64,000 bases of DNA, from contig NW_024704743.1 of the NCBI RefSeq assembly GCF_018977255.1, forward strand, positions 100,504,001-100,568,000, in the 5' to 3' direction. This DNA comes from Callorhinchus milii. Its lineage: Eukaryota. This document shows positions 1-13,024 of the stretch, piece by piece; the first letter of the stretch is position 1; each line of letters starts with the position of its first letter. Position numbers and translations under genes: made by a program. The notes under the pieces were generated by a model. The model was not told where the DNA came from. It saw only the letters and a list, made by a program, of their open reading frames with translations, and did not search any database.

Positions 1-514
1 GATGTTATGGAAAATAGCTGTCCAAAGGTCGATAGTATGGATCATAAGGTACTCTGAAGTTTTACTTGATTATCTTTGTGGTGCAAGGCAAAAGACTTTG
101 ATACAAGAACAACAATTTGCATTTATATTATGGTTTCACTCAGGATAGCTTGATAACATTTGCACAAGGTTTACAGGAGGAATGAGCTTGTTGGGCCAAA
201 AGACTTGTTCCTTATTCCATGCTTTTGTAATTTATTGACAAATAGAATTCTGCTCATAGAGATACCTTTTTCAGCGTTTTAATCTCCCTGATGTTCGTCT
301 GCATGAGCTGAATGTTATTACTGGCAATGAGAAAATGTATCCACCATTTTCCTTACATGTATTGCAGTCTTGTCATAGTCACCAAGATATTGTAAGTACA
401 TCTGGTGAAAAAAATATGCCAGGATAGATGACTACCATTTTTTGTTGTCACATAAATATCATGCTACAGGGAGAGGTGGGAGGCCTGAAATTAAAGGTTT
501 GTCTCAGCCTGTAA

Positions 515-1545
515 AACCATTTCATCTTGCAAATTTATGATTAAAAGCAAAATAAATAATCATGTAGAAAGGATGTTTCATAGCGCTTCACAGGAGTTAC
601 TGTAAAATGTAGCATATGTATTTTTAGGCAAAATACGGCATCCAATTTGCAATGTTCCAAACAACAACAACAAAATTACATTTATAAAGTGCCTTTTATG
701 TCAGGAGGACGTCCCAAGGTGCTGGACTGACAGAGATACGGACCCGAGCTGGGGGTTGGGGTCGAGAAGGGTGGAGGGCAAGAGGGGAAGCAGGGAGATT
801 GAAAGCACGATCGAAGAAGAGGGTCTTGAGATGGGTCTTGAAGGAGGCAAGGGAGAGGGTGAGGTGGAGGGACTGCGGGATGGAGTTCCAGAAGGTGGGG
901 GCAGAGTGGCGGAAGGCCCGCCCGCTAATAGTGGGGTGAGCAAGGCGGGGGACGTGAAGCAGGCCGGAACCCACTGAGTGGAGGGAGCGAGCAGGATGGT
1001 TGGGGTTTAGGAGATCGCAGAGGTAGAGGGGAGCAAGACCGTAGAGGGCTTTGAAGGTGAGGACCAGGATCTTCAACTGTATTCTCTGTGTGATGGGAAG
1101 CTAGTGGAGTTGGGCAAAGATGGGGGCGATAGGGTCACTGATCCTAGTGCAGGAGATGACATGGGCTGCAGAGTTCTGGATGATCTACAGCCTGTGGAGG
1201 GAGGAGTTGGGAAGGCCGACAAGCAATGAGTTTGCATAGTCAAGTCTCGAGGTAATAAAAGCATGTATGAGGGTTTCAGCGGCCTGCGGTGTGAGACAGT
1301 GGTGGAGCCGGGCGACGTTGCAGTGGTGGGGGAAGGCAGAGCAGGTCATGGCGCAGATGTGGTAGAAAGGATCGTTCATTGTCTAAACAGACATGAAGTG
1401 AGTCACAATTTCTTTCTGGTGGATTATTGGCCAAGATACTGGGAGAAACTCCCTTCTCTTTTCAAATAGTGCCATGGCGTCTTTGACATCCACTTGAACA
1501 GGCAGATGGGACCTGGGTTTAAATTCTCATCTGAAGGATCAACAA
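515..1545 (-). mobile_element. Degenerate Deu-domain SINE (SacSINE1-like), interrupted by an L2 insertion
   Basis: Tail-type sequence at 515-658 continues after the L2 with 'ggagaaactccc...aatagtgccatgg...catccacttgaacaggcagatggg...ctcatctgaa' (1385-1545), the reverse complement of the Deu central domain. Confidence 0.7.
660..1369 (-). mobile_element. L2-clade LINE, 5'-truncated 3' fragment
   Basis: Translates to the ORF2 C-terminus (HAFITSRLDYANSLL; KILVLTFKALYGLAP; FKTHLKTLFFD). Ends in the 3' stem-loop and (TTG)n tail. Confidence 0.92.
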
Positions 1546-2124
1546 ATCTGAAGCGTGGACATTATTGTGGAAAATTTCTTAAATAGTTCTAATTTGGAAG
1601 TCGGTTTTGGAAAACAAACTTTAGAAAACAATTCCGTGCAATCTAAAATCTTTGCATGATTTTTCATGTTTTAGAAGAGTGGGAATTTCAGGCCTCTGGA
1701 GTCTAATTTCAGATTGTGTGTTAAGCAAGTGAAAATACAGGTGTAGAAAGGGAATTATAAATGTCTTTAGTTATTAAGCTAAACCAGTGAAAATGTTATA
1801 GGCAATTCTATAATCCTTTTAATTGGATTGTAATTATATAATAAAGGCACCTGATGTTTTCTCTGTATATAGTTTACATAGCTCTTAAATTAGATCACAT
1901 ATCAGTTCTATTTGCTTGCTTGTTGCTATTATTCCTTTGAAGATGGCAATAACATTCCTGCAACATAGTAAAATAATTGATATTTCGTTGTTCATTCCAA
2001 GAAAACATATGAAGTTAAGCTTCAGTAATTCTGTTTATTTCTTTAATTCTCAAAAATGGATAATTCCAGTTTAAAGAAAATTACCTTCAAAGGACATTAT
2101 GTTCATGAAAGGAGATAATCACAT

Positions 2125-2384
2125 ACAACAACAACAAAATTACATTTGTATAGCGCCTTTCATGCCAGGAAGATGTCCTCAGGGGCTGGACAAACAGAGT
2201 TAGGGACCCAAGATGGGGGTCGGGGTGGGGGAGGGGGGAGAGCAGGGGTGGGGGAAGCAGGGAGATCGAAAGCACGGTCGAAGAGGAGGGTCTTGAGGTG
2301 GGTCTTGAAGGTGATGAGGGAGGGAGCGAGATGGGAGGACAGCGGGATGGAGTTCCAGAGGGTGGGTGCAGCGTGATGGAAGGC
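2125..2384 (-). mobile_element. L2-clade LINE 3' fragment
   Basis: APTLWNSIP...FKTHLKTLLFDRAF, stem-loop and (TTG)n tail. Confidence 0.9.
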
Positions 2385-2644
2385 TTGAAAGTTTGAAAAA
2401 AAGTTTGAAAGCTGCTGAGAATAGTCATGGTTACTGAAACAGCACAAAATAATGCGGGTTATTTTGTTCCATGTAGGGCATTGACTTATTCTACATTATG
2501 CCATTTGACTTATTTTCCAATAAGACTGAATTTAGAATTTTTCACAATTCTGTGTATTTCTAGTCAAAGTCAAACAAAAAGTAGAACTTTGATTTTTTTA
2601 AAATGGCAAACTATAATAATCCTTGCAATTCATATAACTCAACA

Positions 2645-2935
2645 TAATAATAATAATCCTTGCATTTGGTATAGTACCTTATCACATCTTCGAGATATCT
2701 CAAAGAGCTTCACAGAATATAGTGTAAAGTGAATTGACTGTATATTTTGTGAGCAAAATGTGGCAGCCAATTGCACACAGCAGACTACATTATCACATAG
2801 TCAAAATATCTCAAAGCATCTGAAGGATATACCCTAAAATGTTATGACTGTATTTTGTAGATGAATGTAGCAGCCATTTTGCATGCATCAATGTCCCACA
2901 AACAGCCATGAAGTGGATGACTGCAAACTGTGGGT
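2645..2935 (-). mobile_element. Two adjacent SINE 3' fragments (Deu-type tail)
   Basis: 'taataatccttgcattt...gaattgactgtatattt...gcagccaattgcacacagc', followed by a second degenerate copy. Confidence 0.7.
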
Positions 2936-3426
2936 CTAATATACATATCAGAAATCACCAGAAGTGACACTTAAGTAATTGGGAGTGCACCTTACAGAAG
3001 TCTAGTAACCAGAAAGAAATCACATAGGAGCAGAGTTTCCACAAATCAACAATCCGGAATCGAATTTGCAGTTATAAATCATCACATATTACACCTCTGA
3101 AAAACATTCCAATAGATTTCCTTCATACATGCTCTTCAGATTTCTATGCAAGATGATCTTTAATTAAAATCAAATTCCTATCTTTAGCACTGTTGAATTA
3201 TCATGTGGAAGAAACTGTGCCATAATTTGAGGGTATGCTCTTCTGTTGACCTTGAATCCTCAAATAGATCTCTTTGGTGACATTAACAGTTTCTTGAACC
3301 CGTGATGACCTGTATAAAAACTGAAAATGTTCCAGTTTAGGTAATGTAGCCATTCCACCTTAAGCACCACAGTGAGCTTCACTGGGGTGAGCTTCTCACA
3401 GACTGAGACACCTTTACGTTGAGTAT

Positions 3427-3865
3427 CTCGACTCCACTGGCTCCCTATCTTCCAGAGGATCCAGTTCAAGATCCTGGTCCTCACATACAAAGCCCTCCAT
3501 GGCCTTGCTCCACCCTACCTCTGCGAGCTCCTAACCCCTACCAACCCGCCCGTTCGCTCCACTCAGCCGGCTCCGGCCTGCTCCACGTCCCCCGACCCAC
3601 CCTTGGCAGGAGAGCTTTCAGCCACTCTGCCCCCAACTTCTGGAATTCCATCCCCCAGTCACTCCGCCTCGCCCCCACCTTAGCCTCCTTCAAGTCCCGC
3701 CTTAAGACCCTCCCCTTCGACCATGCCATCAGCCACCCTCCTTCCCCTCCCTTACCCCCCCAACCCCAGCTAGGGTCTGAAATACTGTATTCTGTCCAGC
3801 GCCTTGGGACATCCTCCCGACATGAAAGGCGCTATACAAATGTAATCTTGTTGTTGTTGTTGTTG
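3427..3865 (+). mobile_element. L2-clade LINE 3' fragment
   Basis: LHWLP..QRIQFKILVLTYKALHGLAP...FKSRLKT; stem-loop; (TTG)6 tail. Confidence 0.92.
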
Positions 3866-4709
3866 AGTTATACTATTATGGAGAGACGCTGAGTGGGTTC
3901 TTGTGCATCCTCCCTGTAAGAGCAGCACTGGCAGTGGCGAGAGTAGGTTATTTCCTGCCCAAACATTCTATGTTGCCATACAAACTATGGCATCCTTTGA
4001 TGTGGGGTTGTCACTTGTCAATTTTGCTCTCCAGATCTTTGAACTTGGTTGCTTGTTCTGAGTCTTAATTATCATTGTTATATTTCACACTGCACTGCTT
4101 GGGACTGAATAAAAGAGAATTGATCTTGACGCACTGATCTCCAGCCATATCTTTGACATCACTGTTTTCAACAACAGTGTTAACACGTTGGCTTCTATTT
4201 TGGCTGCTGCTGCTTTGCCATGGTCAGATCTCAGTTTGTTGAAGACTCATCCATTGATTTGAAGACACTTTCTTTGATATTCTTTCCAACAGTTTCCATT
4301 TCCCCAGGTGTTTCATCATTATATGTTCCAATATATTTATAGAGGATCCAAAAATATGTTAACAGGTTTGGAAACCATTTCTAAAAGCCTCTGTCAGCTC
4401 TTGGATTGTTCTGCATTTATTCATACAAACCTTGAAAAGGTTTTGGCAAGCATGTTGAGATTTAGCAGCTGAAGTAAAGCTTGGTGCCAGGCTGTCACAG
4501 GCTTTCTCAAAGTCAAGAAGTGTGTTATGTTTTTCTCTTTCCTAAGTATGCTTTGACTAACTGACTGAGGACCAAAATCTGATCTACTATCTATGCTCCT
4601 AGGTCTAAAGTGTACTGGCTTTATACATATTTATATATATTTATATATATTTATAATATTCTGAGAAATATTTTTCTATCTTTCTCTAACCATTAAGCTA
4701 CAGGACTCT

Positions 4710-5076
4710 GTAGAGTCCTGTAGCTTAATGGTTAGAGCACTTGCCTCGCAAGCGAGAGACCTGGGTTTGATTTCCAGCAGGGTGAAATGTTGGACAAGTT
4801 TCCTTACTCCCCAAGCCTCTGTTTACCCAGCAGTAAGTAGGAACCTGGTTGTTAGTCGACTGGTGGATCACATTTCAGGAGGTAATAATTGCTTCAAATA
4901 AAAATTGGTCACTCAATCCACGATTGTTTATGGAATACGGCTGTGCACAATTGGCTGCCGCGTTTCACCCACAAAATATACAGTTAATTCACTTTACAGT
5001 ATATTGTGTGAAGTGTTTTGAGACGTCTCAAGGATGTGAGAAGCCACTATATCAAATGCTAAGATTATTATAATAA
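4710..5076 (+). mobile_element. tRNA-Ala-headed SINE, long form
   Basis: A box TAGCTTAATGG, B-box-like GTTTGATTTCC, CORE-like 'ggacaagtttccttactcc...cctctgtttacccagcagtaag', Deu-type 3' segment, L2-like tail with (TTA)n. Confidence 0.88.
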
Positions 5077-5218
5077 CTACCTGCTCATAATTTAAAACCA
5101 ACCGCAATACTGGCACGGCAGATGAAATAATTTTAAAACAAGAATATCACCTCTCCCAGCTGTTGACAATATTTCAGTCACTTGAAAATTTCAACTCTTC
5201 TTTTATCCCTAATATATT

Positions 5219-5558
5219 GTGGAGTCCTGTAGCTCAGTGGTTAGAGCACTCGCTTTGCAAGTGAGAGACCTGAGTTCATTTCCAGGCAGGGCGAAACCTT
5301 GGGCAAGTTTCCTTACTCCACACGCCTAATAATAATCCCTCCAAAAAACCAAAAACAATAATTAAATTGGTCATTTTTCAATCTACGACTGTTTGTGGGA
5401 CATTGCTGTGCGCAATTGGCTGCCGCGTTCGCCCACAAATATACAGTCAATTCACTTTACAGTGTGTTCTGTGAAGCGCTTTGGGACGTCCTCTCGACGT
5501 GAAAAGCGCTATATCAAATGCAAGGATTATTATTATTATTATATTATTATTATTATAT
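5219..5558 (+). mobile_element. tRNA-Ala-headed SINE, short form (internal deletion)
   Basis: GTGGAGTCCTGTAGCTCAGTGGTTAGAGC head; junction 'cacgcct|aataataatccctcc'; stem-loop tail; long (TTA)n. Confidence 0.92.
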
Positions 5559-5668
5559 TAGGAGTAAAAGGACTATTTATACTCCAAATATAGGTAGCCC
5601 AGAAAAGTTTGTGTGCTTTCTGCAGTATTTCAGATTTCCTAGATTCTGTACACTAGATTCTGTCACAG

Positions 5669-6572
5669 ACAACAACAACATTACACTTGTATAGCACCTT
5701 GCACGTCGGGAGGACGTCCCAAGGCGCTGGACAATGTACAGCATTTCAGACCCAAGCTGGGGTCAGGGGGGGTGAAGGGAGGGGAGGGGAAGGGGGTGGC
5801 CGATGGCATGGTTGAAGAGGAGGGTCTTGAGGCGGGACTTGAAGAAGGCTAAGGAGGGGGCGAGGCGAAGTGACTGGGGGATGGAATTCCAGAGGTTGGG
5901 GGCAGAGTGGCTGAAGGCTCTCCCGCCAATGGTGGGGTGCGTGAGTCGGGGGACGTGGAGCAGGCCAGAGCCGGCTGAGCGGAGGGAACGGGCAGATTGA
6001 TAGGGGGTTAGGAGGTCGCAGAGGTAGGGTGGGGCGAGACCATGGAGGACTTTGTATGTGAGGACCACGATCTTGAACTGGATCCTCTGAAGGATAGGGA
6101 GCCAATGGAGTCGGGCGAGAGTGGGGGAGATGGGGTCACGGAGTTTGGTGCGGGAGAGGACATGGGCTGCAGAGTTCTGGATTATCTGCAGCCTGTGGTG
6201 GGAGGAGTTGGGAAGGCCGACAAGCAGAACATTTGCATAGTCGAGCCTGAAGGTGATGAAGGCATGAACTAGAGTTTCAGCGCCTGAAGGGTGAGGTAGT
6301 GGCGGAGTCGGGTGATGTTACGGAGGTGAGGGAAGGAAGAATGGATCATGGCTTGGATGTGGAGAAGAAAAGTCAATTGAGGGTCGAACAAGACACCTAG
6401 ATTCCTGACTGGCTTGGTGAGTTGTAGTGTGCAACCATGGAGGTTGATGCTGCCAGAGCCTGAGGTGCTGAGGCGCTGGCATGAGCTAATGAGGAGGGCC
6501 TCAGACTTTTTCACATTCAACTGTAGGAAATTTACCCTGATCCAGGACTTGATGTCTGACAGACACCTATCT
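5669..6572 (-). mobile_element. L2-clade LINE 3' fragment with end of RT domain
   Basis: CLSDIKSWIRVNFLQLNVKKSEALLI...[15 protein letters not shown]-terminal motifs; (TTG)n tail. Confidence 0.93.
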
Positions 6573-6964
6573 AAGATATGCATGAAAAGCCCGAAACCTT
6601 TTTTTCCCTAAGCTTTCTAATTATCAGAGACACAATATAAATCCACATTATTTAATCAGAAACATTCTAGATAATCGCAACAATTGTACATATATTAAAA
6701 TAAATAATGCTAATAATGCTCCCTAATAAACAGCCACTTCTCTCTACAAGGTTTGTGAAATGTTTATAAAGATCTCAACTCAAGGTTCCTCTTTTTACGA
6801 ACTGGGGTTCCTGCAAAGTGCCTTTTGTTGTTGTGTACCATTCTGGTAAACCATTTTGTGCGGCGTTAACTTCCCAAAAAATTCAACCGTTTCCAGCCAA
6901 GTTCCCCAATTACCTTCCTCTCTCATCTTTCTTCCTAGGATAATGGAGTTGCTACTAACTTAGG

Positions 6965-7172
6965 AGATACCATGCTATGGGATTGTTAGTATCCCCTGAA
7001 CAGGCAGATTGGATCTTGATTTAGCGGCTTATACGAAAGATAGAACCTTCAACAATGCAGCACACCTCCAGCACTGCACTGGAGTGTCAGCCTAGATTAT
7101 ATTGAATTCAAAGTGCTGATCTGGGGCTTGAGTCCATAACCTTTTGACTTGGAAGGCAAGAATGCTATCAAC
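6965..7172 (-). mobile_element. Deu-domain SINE 5' half (SacSINE1-like)
   Basis: 'cactgcactggagtgtcagcctagattat...gggcttga...aaccttttgact...ggcaagaatgcta', the reverse complement of the tRNA-like head and linker. Confidence 0.7.
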
Positions 7173-10100
7173 AATTTTGACAGATCCACACCTTAGAGGT
7201 GTTGTACAATTGGTGTGTACAACATGGCTGCGATTGCGCAGAATGGAAAATTGTGCCTCCATATAACCCTGAGCAATTGAGTGTACAGATCAGGTCTACC
7301 AGGGGTAGAATTGAGCAGCGCCTGAGGCGTAAGCATTGAAACTGAGGCAGGCGCTGGGCCATACTGCTATGCGTCCAATTTGAATGACAACTCAGTTTAC
7401 TATTAAATAGACACAGCACAATTTGACAATAACAACAACAATATACATTTATAGAGTGCCTTTAACGTCGGGAGGACATGCCAAAGCCCTTCACGTAGCT
7501 GACTGGGAGCCTGATCACAGATTACAAAGTGCACAGTTTATCACCTCGGTGATTATCTGTAACTGTTGCAGTGGAGCTGTCCTTAGTTATTGGCTGATTT
7601 GCTTTGGGTCAAGTCAGCTTTTCCTTCCCTTCCCTTATCAGCATCTCAGGCACAAAGATATATTCAATGATGGACAGATCAAACCTCAGTCTGATGTAAA
7701 TGTGCTGCATTTCTCACCCATAATTTGCTATCAGGACCTCTTTTTGTACTTTGTCTGATTCCAGCTCACTGACCTTTACATCTGCCGCAGCCACTGATTC
7801 TGGTGACAGTTACAAATGCTGATTCCCCCGGGGATTCTTGTCTGTACAGATACTTGAATGCTAAGAAAGAATTGATGCTGTGCGCATATCTGTGTTTTTA
7901 CTTTGTCCCAAAATTACCACTGCACAGTGTTTCACTTGCAATGGAAACATGCTTGATTGGACCTTGTTTCCTGCTGTCAAATCAGCAATCCAAGAAAAAG
8001 CTTTGTGAATAGCAGCGTAAGTGAGTACAGCTGTTAATCCCATCCATGTACAAAGACAGTCCAGACTCACACTTTCAACCAGGGACCCTTTGACAAGGTG
8101 GACATGCTGTCTTCTCAGAGGTCACTAGGATTAGCCCTAAAGTCTCAACAGCCAATCGACCAGTGGGGGAAATATAGCACAGGAACCCTTGCCCTGTTGA
8201 ATCGAATTCCAGATTTGTGTCCAAAGCGATTTAAAGACAGTTAAAAGGAGGGGTTGAAGTTGTTATTATATATTAGAAAGTTTTTATGGTGTCAGTAAAG
8301 TTACAGACCCACTGTCAGGACTCATAGTCTAAGCTGATACTACAGGGTTGGGGGAGTTACGTAATGTTGGAGGAGCCAATCTTCCAAGATTTTAAACACA
8401 AGCCCCATTTGCCTATTCAGGTGGATTTTAAAGATCAAATGACACGTTTTTATATTAAAGAGAAGAGAGTTTCTCCCAGTCTCCCAATTGCCCAAAATAA
8501 AATTATCTAACTCTTGGACAATGGATTCTCCCACAGCCTTTTCAGATCTCCTTCACACGAACTCTGATATTGAGATAGTAAAGGAATCTATGCTCCCTGC
8601 AGCCTGATTTAAAGTTTTTTCAGCACACACAAATCACTGTATTACACCTGGAGTGGTGCTGGTCTGAACATGGCTACTAGGGCCCAGTGTCACATTGTGC
8701 AGTGACCTTAATGTGTACTCCATTAATAGGGCTACATTGCCCCTCATCCCTACCCTTCCCTCTCCCCCCCCAATCCCCTTTCAGGATTGGGAACATTTTG
8801 AAAGTCATATCAAATCAAAGTCATAGAGCAGCACTGTATTATGATTCTCTGCCTACAAACCAGACACTTTCTCAACTTGCCTTCTTGCTTTCTGTCCAGC
8901 ATTTCCATAGCATCTATCTTTCGGACACAAAGAACATTTTGAGCCAATATTGAATCCACCAAAACTGACAAAAGATAAATGATTCAAAGTGCAAAGATGA
9001 AATGTGGAATGCACCAATTTTTTTAGCCAGCTTCTCTTTGCTCCACCATTGACGTTACATTTCCTGTATTGTAAATGGTTCCCTTCTCTGATATGATGTA
9101 TTACATTAAACATGTAATATCACACTTTGGCACAGGCTAAATGTAAACTGATAGTCAAGGATCATTTTTTTTTTGCTGACAAAGACTCCTGCAGAGAAAC
9201 TCATTTATGAAATTGGATGAAGGAAGGTGTTGCAGCCTGCATTGAGCAGGCGAGGAAGCGAGGATTCAAAAATTAAATACAAAGTTATAAAGACTCTCGT
9301 AGCCCAGAGGCTTCAAGGGAGAATGCAGCAGAGGGATTTTACTGGCTTACTGACAGCTATCATTTCAATGAAGGAATTTAGTGTCAGCTTTTGATTGGCA
9401 CAATATACAGGAGGAAATGGAACGCTGGGCTACATGACTCCAGCGATGCGTCTGCACAGAATATTTTGCCCACAAAAATTTACAGTCAATTCACTTTACA
9501 GTATGTTCTGTGAAGCGTTTGAGACTTCTTGAAGACGTGATAAGGTGCTATATCAAATGCAAGGATTATTGTTATTAATATGTCCCTCTCTGCAGTGGAG
9601 AGGAATGGAGCCCTATGCTGCTTCCTTGGGAAAACATTGTAAGCGATATGGTGAAAAGGAAAGGACATTGGATAAAAAGATCTGCTCTGATCTTGTGTAC
9701 AAATACACAGGATTTTACATTTTACAGTAAATCCTGTAAAGCCCTTCGAGATATTTTGGTGACATAATAAGACACATATATATGAAATATATGGATTTCA
9801 AGAATTAGAATTATTATTATCATCTAATATAATGGCAGAACAGACTTGATGGATTGAATGTCCTCCATTTGTTCCCTTGCTCCGATTTCTACTAATTAAA
9901 CAGTAACTACACCTCACAGTACAATCCTGTGAAGCACTCTGAAATGTAATTCTGACGTGAAAGGAGCTATACAAAATGCAAGGATTGTTCCTCATACTAT
10001 TATTTCAGTTCAAATGTTCCTGTTTGTACGATTAGAAAAGCACTCGATTTTCATTTCTGAAATTATACTGGTGTCTAAGAGGTATACAATGTGTTTAATA

Positions 10101-11849
10101 ACCCTGGCTGACCTTTAAACTTTGAAACGTATCACTGCTACCTCCCAACCCCATCCCCCCACATTTTTAAATGAGAAGTGAGAGCCAGGGCCACTTATTT
10201 CCACAATGATAAATTATCTCGTCTTGAGGCTTTTCGCATCTGCACCTGTTATTCAACTGAGAAGCCTGTAGGAAGTTTCACCCGTGTTACATGTCACACT
10301 CAAAATTAAAGGGAAATGAAAGGAAATTTCAAATATTGGAGGAGGAAAAGAAAAAAATGAAGGGAGAAAACAGAAAAAAATAAGAATGGAGAATAATAAA
10401 GTGAAATCAGTGAGGCCAGAAGCTCGGAGGATCAGCAATTGATGTACTCAGAGAGACAGCGGACCTGACTAGGTGAGACATCAATCAATCACACTGGGGA
10501 CTGTACAGGTTAACCTCCAATATCAAGAATACTAATCCTTACACCTTAATTAGATGTATAATGTGTTGTTATAGCCCTAGGAATGAAGATAATAGTAATG
10601 ATTAATTAATAATAATTGAGTCTATAATAAAGATGTAGTACCGTGCACGTCGGAGGATGTCTCAAAGGGCTTCACAGGATTTACTGTAAAGTGCAGTGAC
10701 TGTGTATTTTGTAGTTGAAAATGGCAGCCAATTTGTGAACAGCAATGTCTCACTAACAGCTATGAGCTCTAGTTTAGCTGATCGTTACTCATAGCTCATT
10801 CTTCTTACATTGAGGATCATCCTCGTTGCTCTCCTCTGTACTGCCTCTGGGGCCTGAGCCACCCCCTTGAATTGTGACAAACTATCATTACCTCCCTGAG
10901 CATGTAAATTGTGAGCAGAAACCAGCTGGAATATGAACAGTAAGAATGGAGCAGCATTTCTTTCAAAACAAATGAATCTGCAATTAATCCTTTGAAAAAG
11001 CTGTGTGAAGTAAACATCTTTTAAAGTGCAAAGCAGGTTAGTAACCAGTGCTGAGTTTCAAACGACACTGCTGCATCTCTTTTTCATGTACTGTGCCAAT
11101 TTCAGCTTAATTTCATACATTTCAAATCAACAAGCAGCTGGTAATCTCTCTGAAATAAAACTGATGTCAAAAGCATGACTCGAAGTGAAATGATTACTGG
11201 CATCATATTGTTCCATTGGAACAAGGACAACATATTTTTATATTTTTGTAGAATGGGCTAATTAAATGTTTTTTGGGGGGTAGAAAAACATAATTTGAAT
11301 ACGGTATTTTCTCATTTGTTTTTATAAATCAAGAGAGAAATAACCTCAGAGGGTGTCACCGACAAATATACAGTCAATTCAATTTAAGTATATTCTGTGA
11401 AGCGCTTTGAGACGTCTAGACGTCGTGAAAAACGCTGTATCAAATGGAAGGATTATTATTGACCCACACGTCATGCTAGATCAAGTGGAGTCCTTCACAA
11501 CAGCTCCAAATGTGTCTACCGAGCAGTGGTACAAAAGAGCCCCAAATTCCACCACATCTTAGGCTGCAAGATCATTCTATCTTCAAATTTAAGTCCGTAC
11601 TGCACAGTGAAATGATTTAAAATTCAGTCTTAATTTCTGTTTTCCATGAGAACAAATGGCATCCAATTTAAGAATTTTCCACAATTCTGTCTGATATTAA
11701 ATATCAAGATTGAAAGATCTTGCGTATACTGTGACCCTGGCTTGCCATCATGAAAGGTTCAGTAGCCTTTGCTCCACAGCAATGGACTCCTAGCTGGTAC
11801 AGTGCTTGAGGTTGGATCTCAAGTTGTAGTAACATTTAAACTAGGGAGT

Positions 11850-12240
11850 TATCTTCTGCTACCTCACTCCTCTCCTCTCGCCCTCCACTTACTAAACCCA
11901 GGCTTACTGGAAGTCCCTGCCTACTCCGTGCCACCATCAGTGGCTGAGCATGCAACAACAACAACACAACTTGTATTCTTGCATTTATAGGGTGCCCTTC
12001 ATGTGGGGTGGCGACTTACAGAGCTCATTAAAATCCTGGACTCCTAAACTCTATAACTCTCTCTCTCTGCCCTCCGTCTCATCTCCTCTCTGTTTTAAGT
12101 CCTGCCTTAAAACTTACCCCTTCGAACATGCCTATGATCACCTCCCCTCTCCCTTGCTCTGCATCTGCTCATCCTTGTAAAGCTTTCTGAGACATTATCC
12201 ACATGTAGGACAATGTATAAAACAGCTGTTGTTGTTGTTA
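11850..12240 (+). mobile_element. Old L2 3' fragment containing a short antisense L2-tail insertion (about 11952-12020)
   Basis: TPKLYNSL...FKSCLKTYPFEHAY; degenerate stem-loop and (TTG)n. Confidence 0.65.
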
Positions 12241-12372
12241 CTCCCAATTCACTAGAGATCTGCTAGATGGAGCAGCTTATGACAGCTTGTAGGGCAAGGG
12301 GAGAAATAGATAAGACCTATTCTGACCCACAAAGGTTGATCTCACATTGGCCAATATGATGTGAACATGATG

Positions 12373-12483
12373 ATAATAATAATAATAATCCTTGCATTTG
12401 ATATAGCGCTTTTCACATCTTCTAGACGTCTCAAAGCTCTTCACAGAATAGACTGTAAAGTGAATTGACTGTATATTTGTGGG
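12373..12483 (-). mobile_element. SINE 3' tail fragment
   Basis: (TAA)n-tccttgcatttgatatagcgcttttcac...gaattgactgtatatttgtggg. Confidence 0.85.
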
Positions 12484-13024
12484 AGAAATGATAATAGTCA
12501 TGAAGCAAGATGAGAGCCTGCAGGAGAATGAAGAAAGCAAATAATGGTGATTTACATCTCAAAGAGCTTCCCAAGGATGGGGATCGCCAAGCTGAGAGGA
12601 GAGGAGGGGGAGTTTGAGGGTGTTGGCACAAAGAGACACATTTCTACAGCAACAACAAAATTACATTTGTAGAACACCTTTCACGTCAGTAGGACGTCCC
12701 AAAGCACTGGACCAGTGGTCCCAGACCACTTTAATGCTAAGGAGTGAAGTGCAAGGCAAAGAGGTTTTGTCTTGAATTCTAGAGTTAGGGACATATTGAA
12801 TGAAAGAGAGAGTGAATGACAGATAATAATAAATAATAATTGTTATATTTAGTATAGCAACAGGAGGTAGAAAATTGTCATGCTTTACACCATCAATCCA
12901 CTTTATAGTACATCCTGTGAAGCCCTTTGAAACGTCTTGACAAACGCGAAAAGGTACTATATCAAATGCAAGGATGATTATTATTATACTCGTAGAAATG
13001 TAGTAACTATGCATTTTTGGAATG

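Noticed and set aside
5221..5293. tRNA-Ala gene (and similar heads at 4712, 25460, 57600, 60441)
   Set aside because: No proper acceptor stem or poly-T terminator, and each continues into a SINE body; these are SINE heads.
5393..5593. Recurrent small ORF family '[21 protein letters not shown]...KCKDYYYY'
   Set aside because: Translation of the SINE 3' half; recurrence reflects copy number.
7200..7356. Two 9-bp hairpins (TGTTGTACA/TGTACAACA; CAGCGCCTG/CAGGCGCTG)
   Set aside because: Short, probably decayed MITE debris; no boundaries could be defined.
8614..8641. Possible V(D)J recombination signal (nonamer-12-heptamer)
   Set aside because: Only 6/9 nonamer and 6/7 heptamer match, and no J or D segment features follow; other CACAGTG sites lack nonamers.
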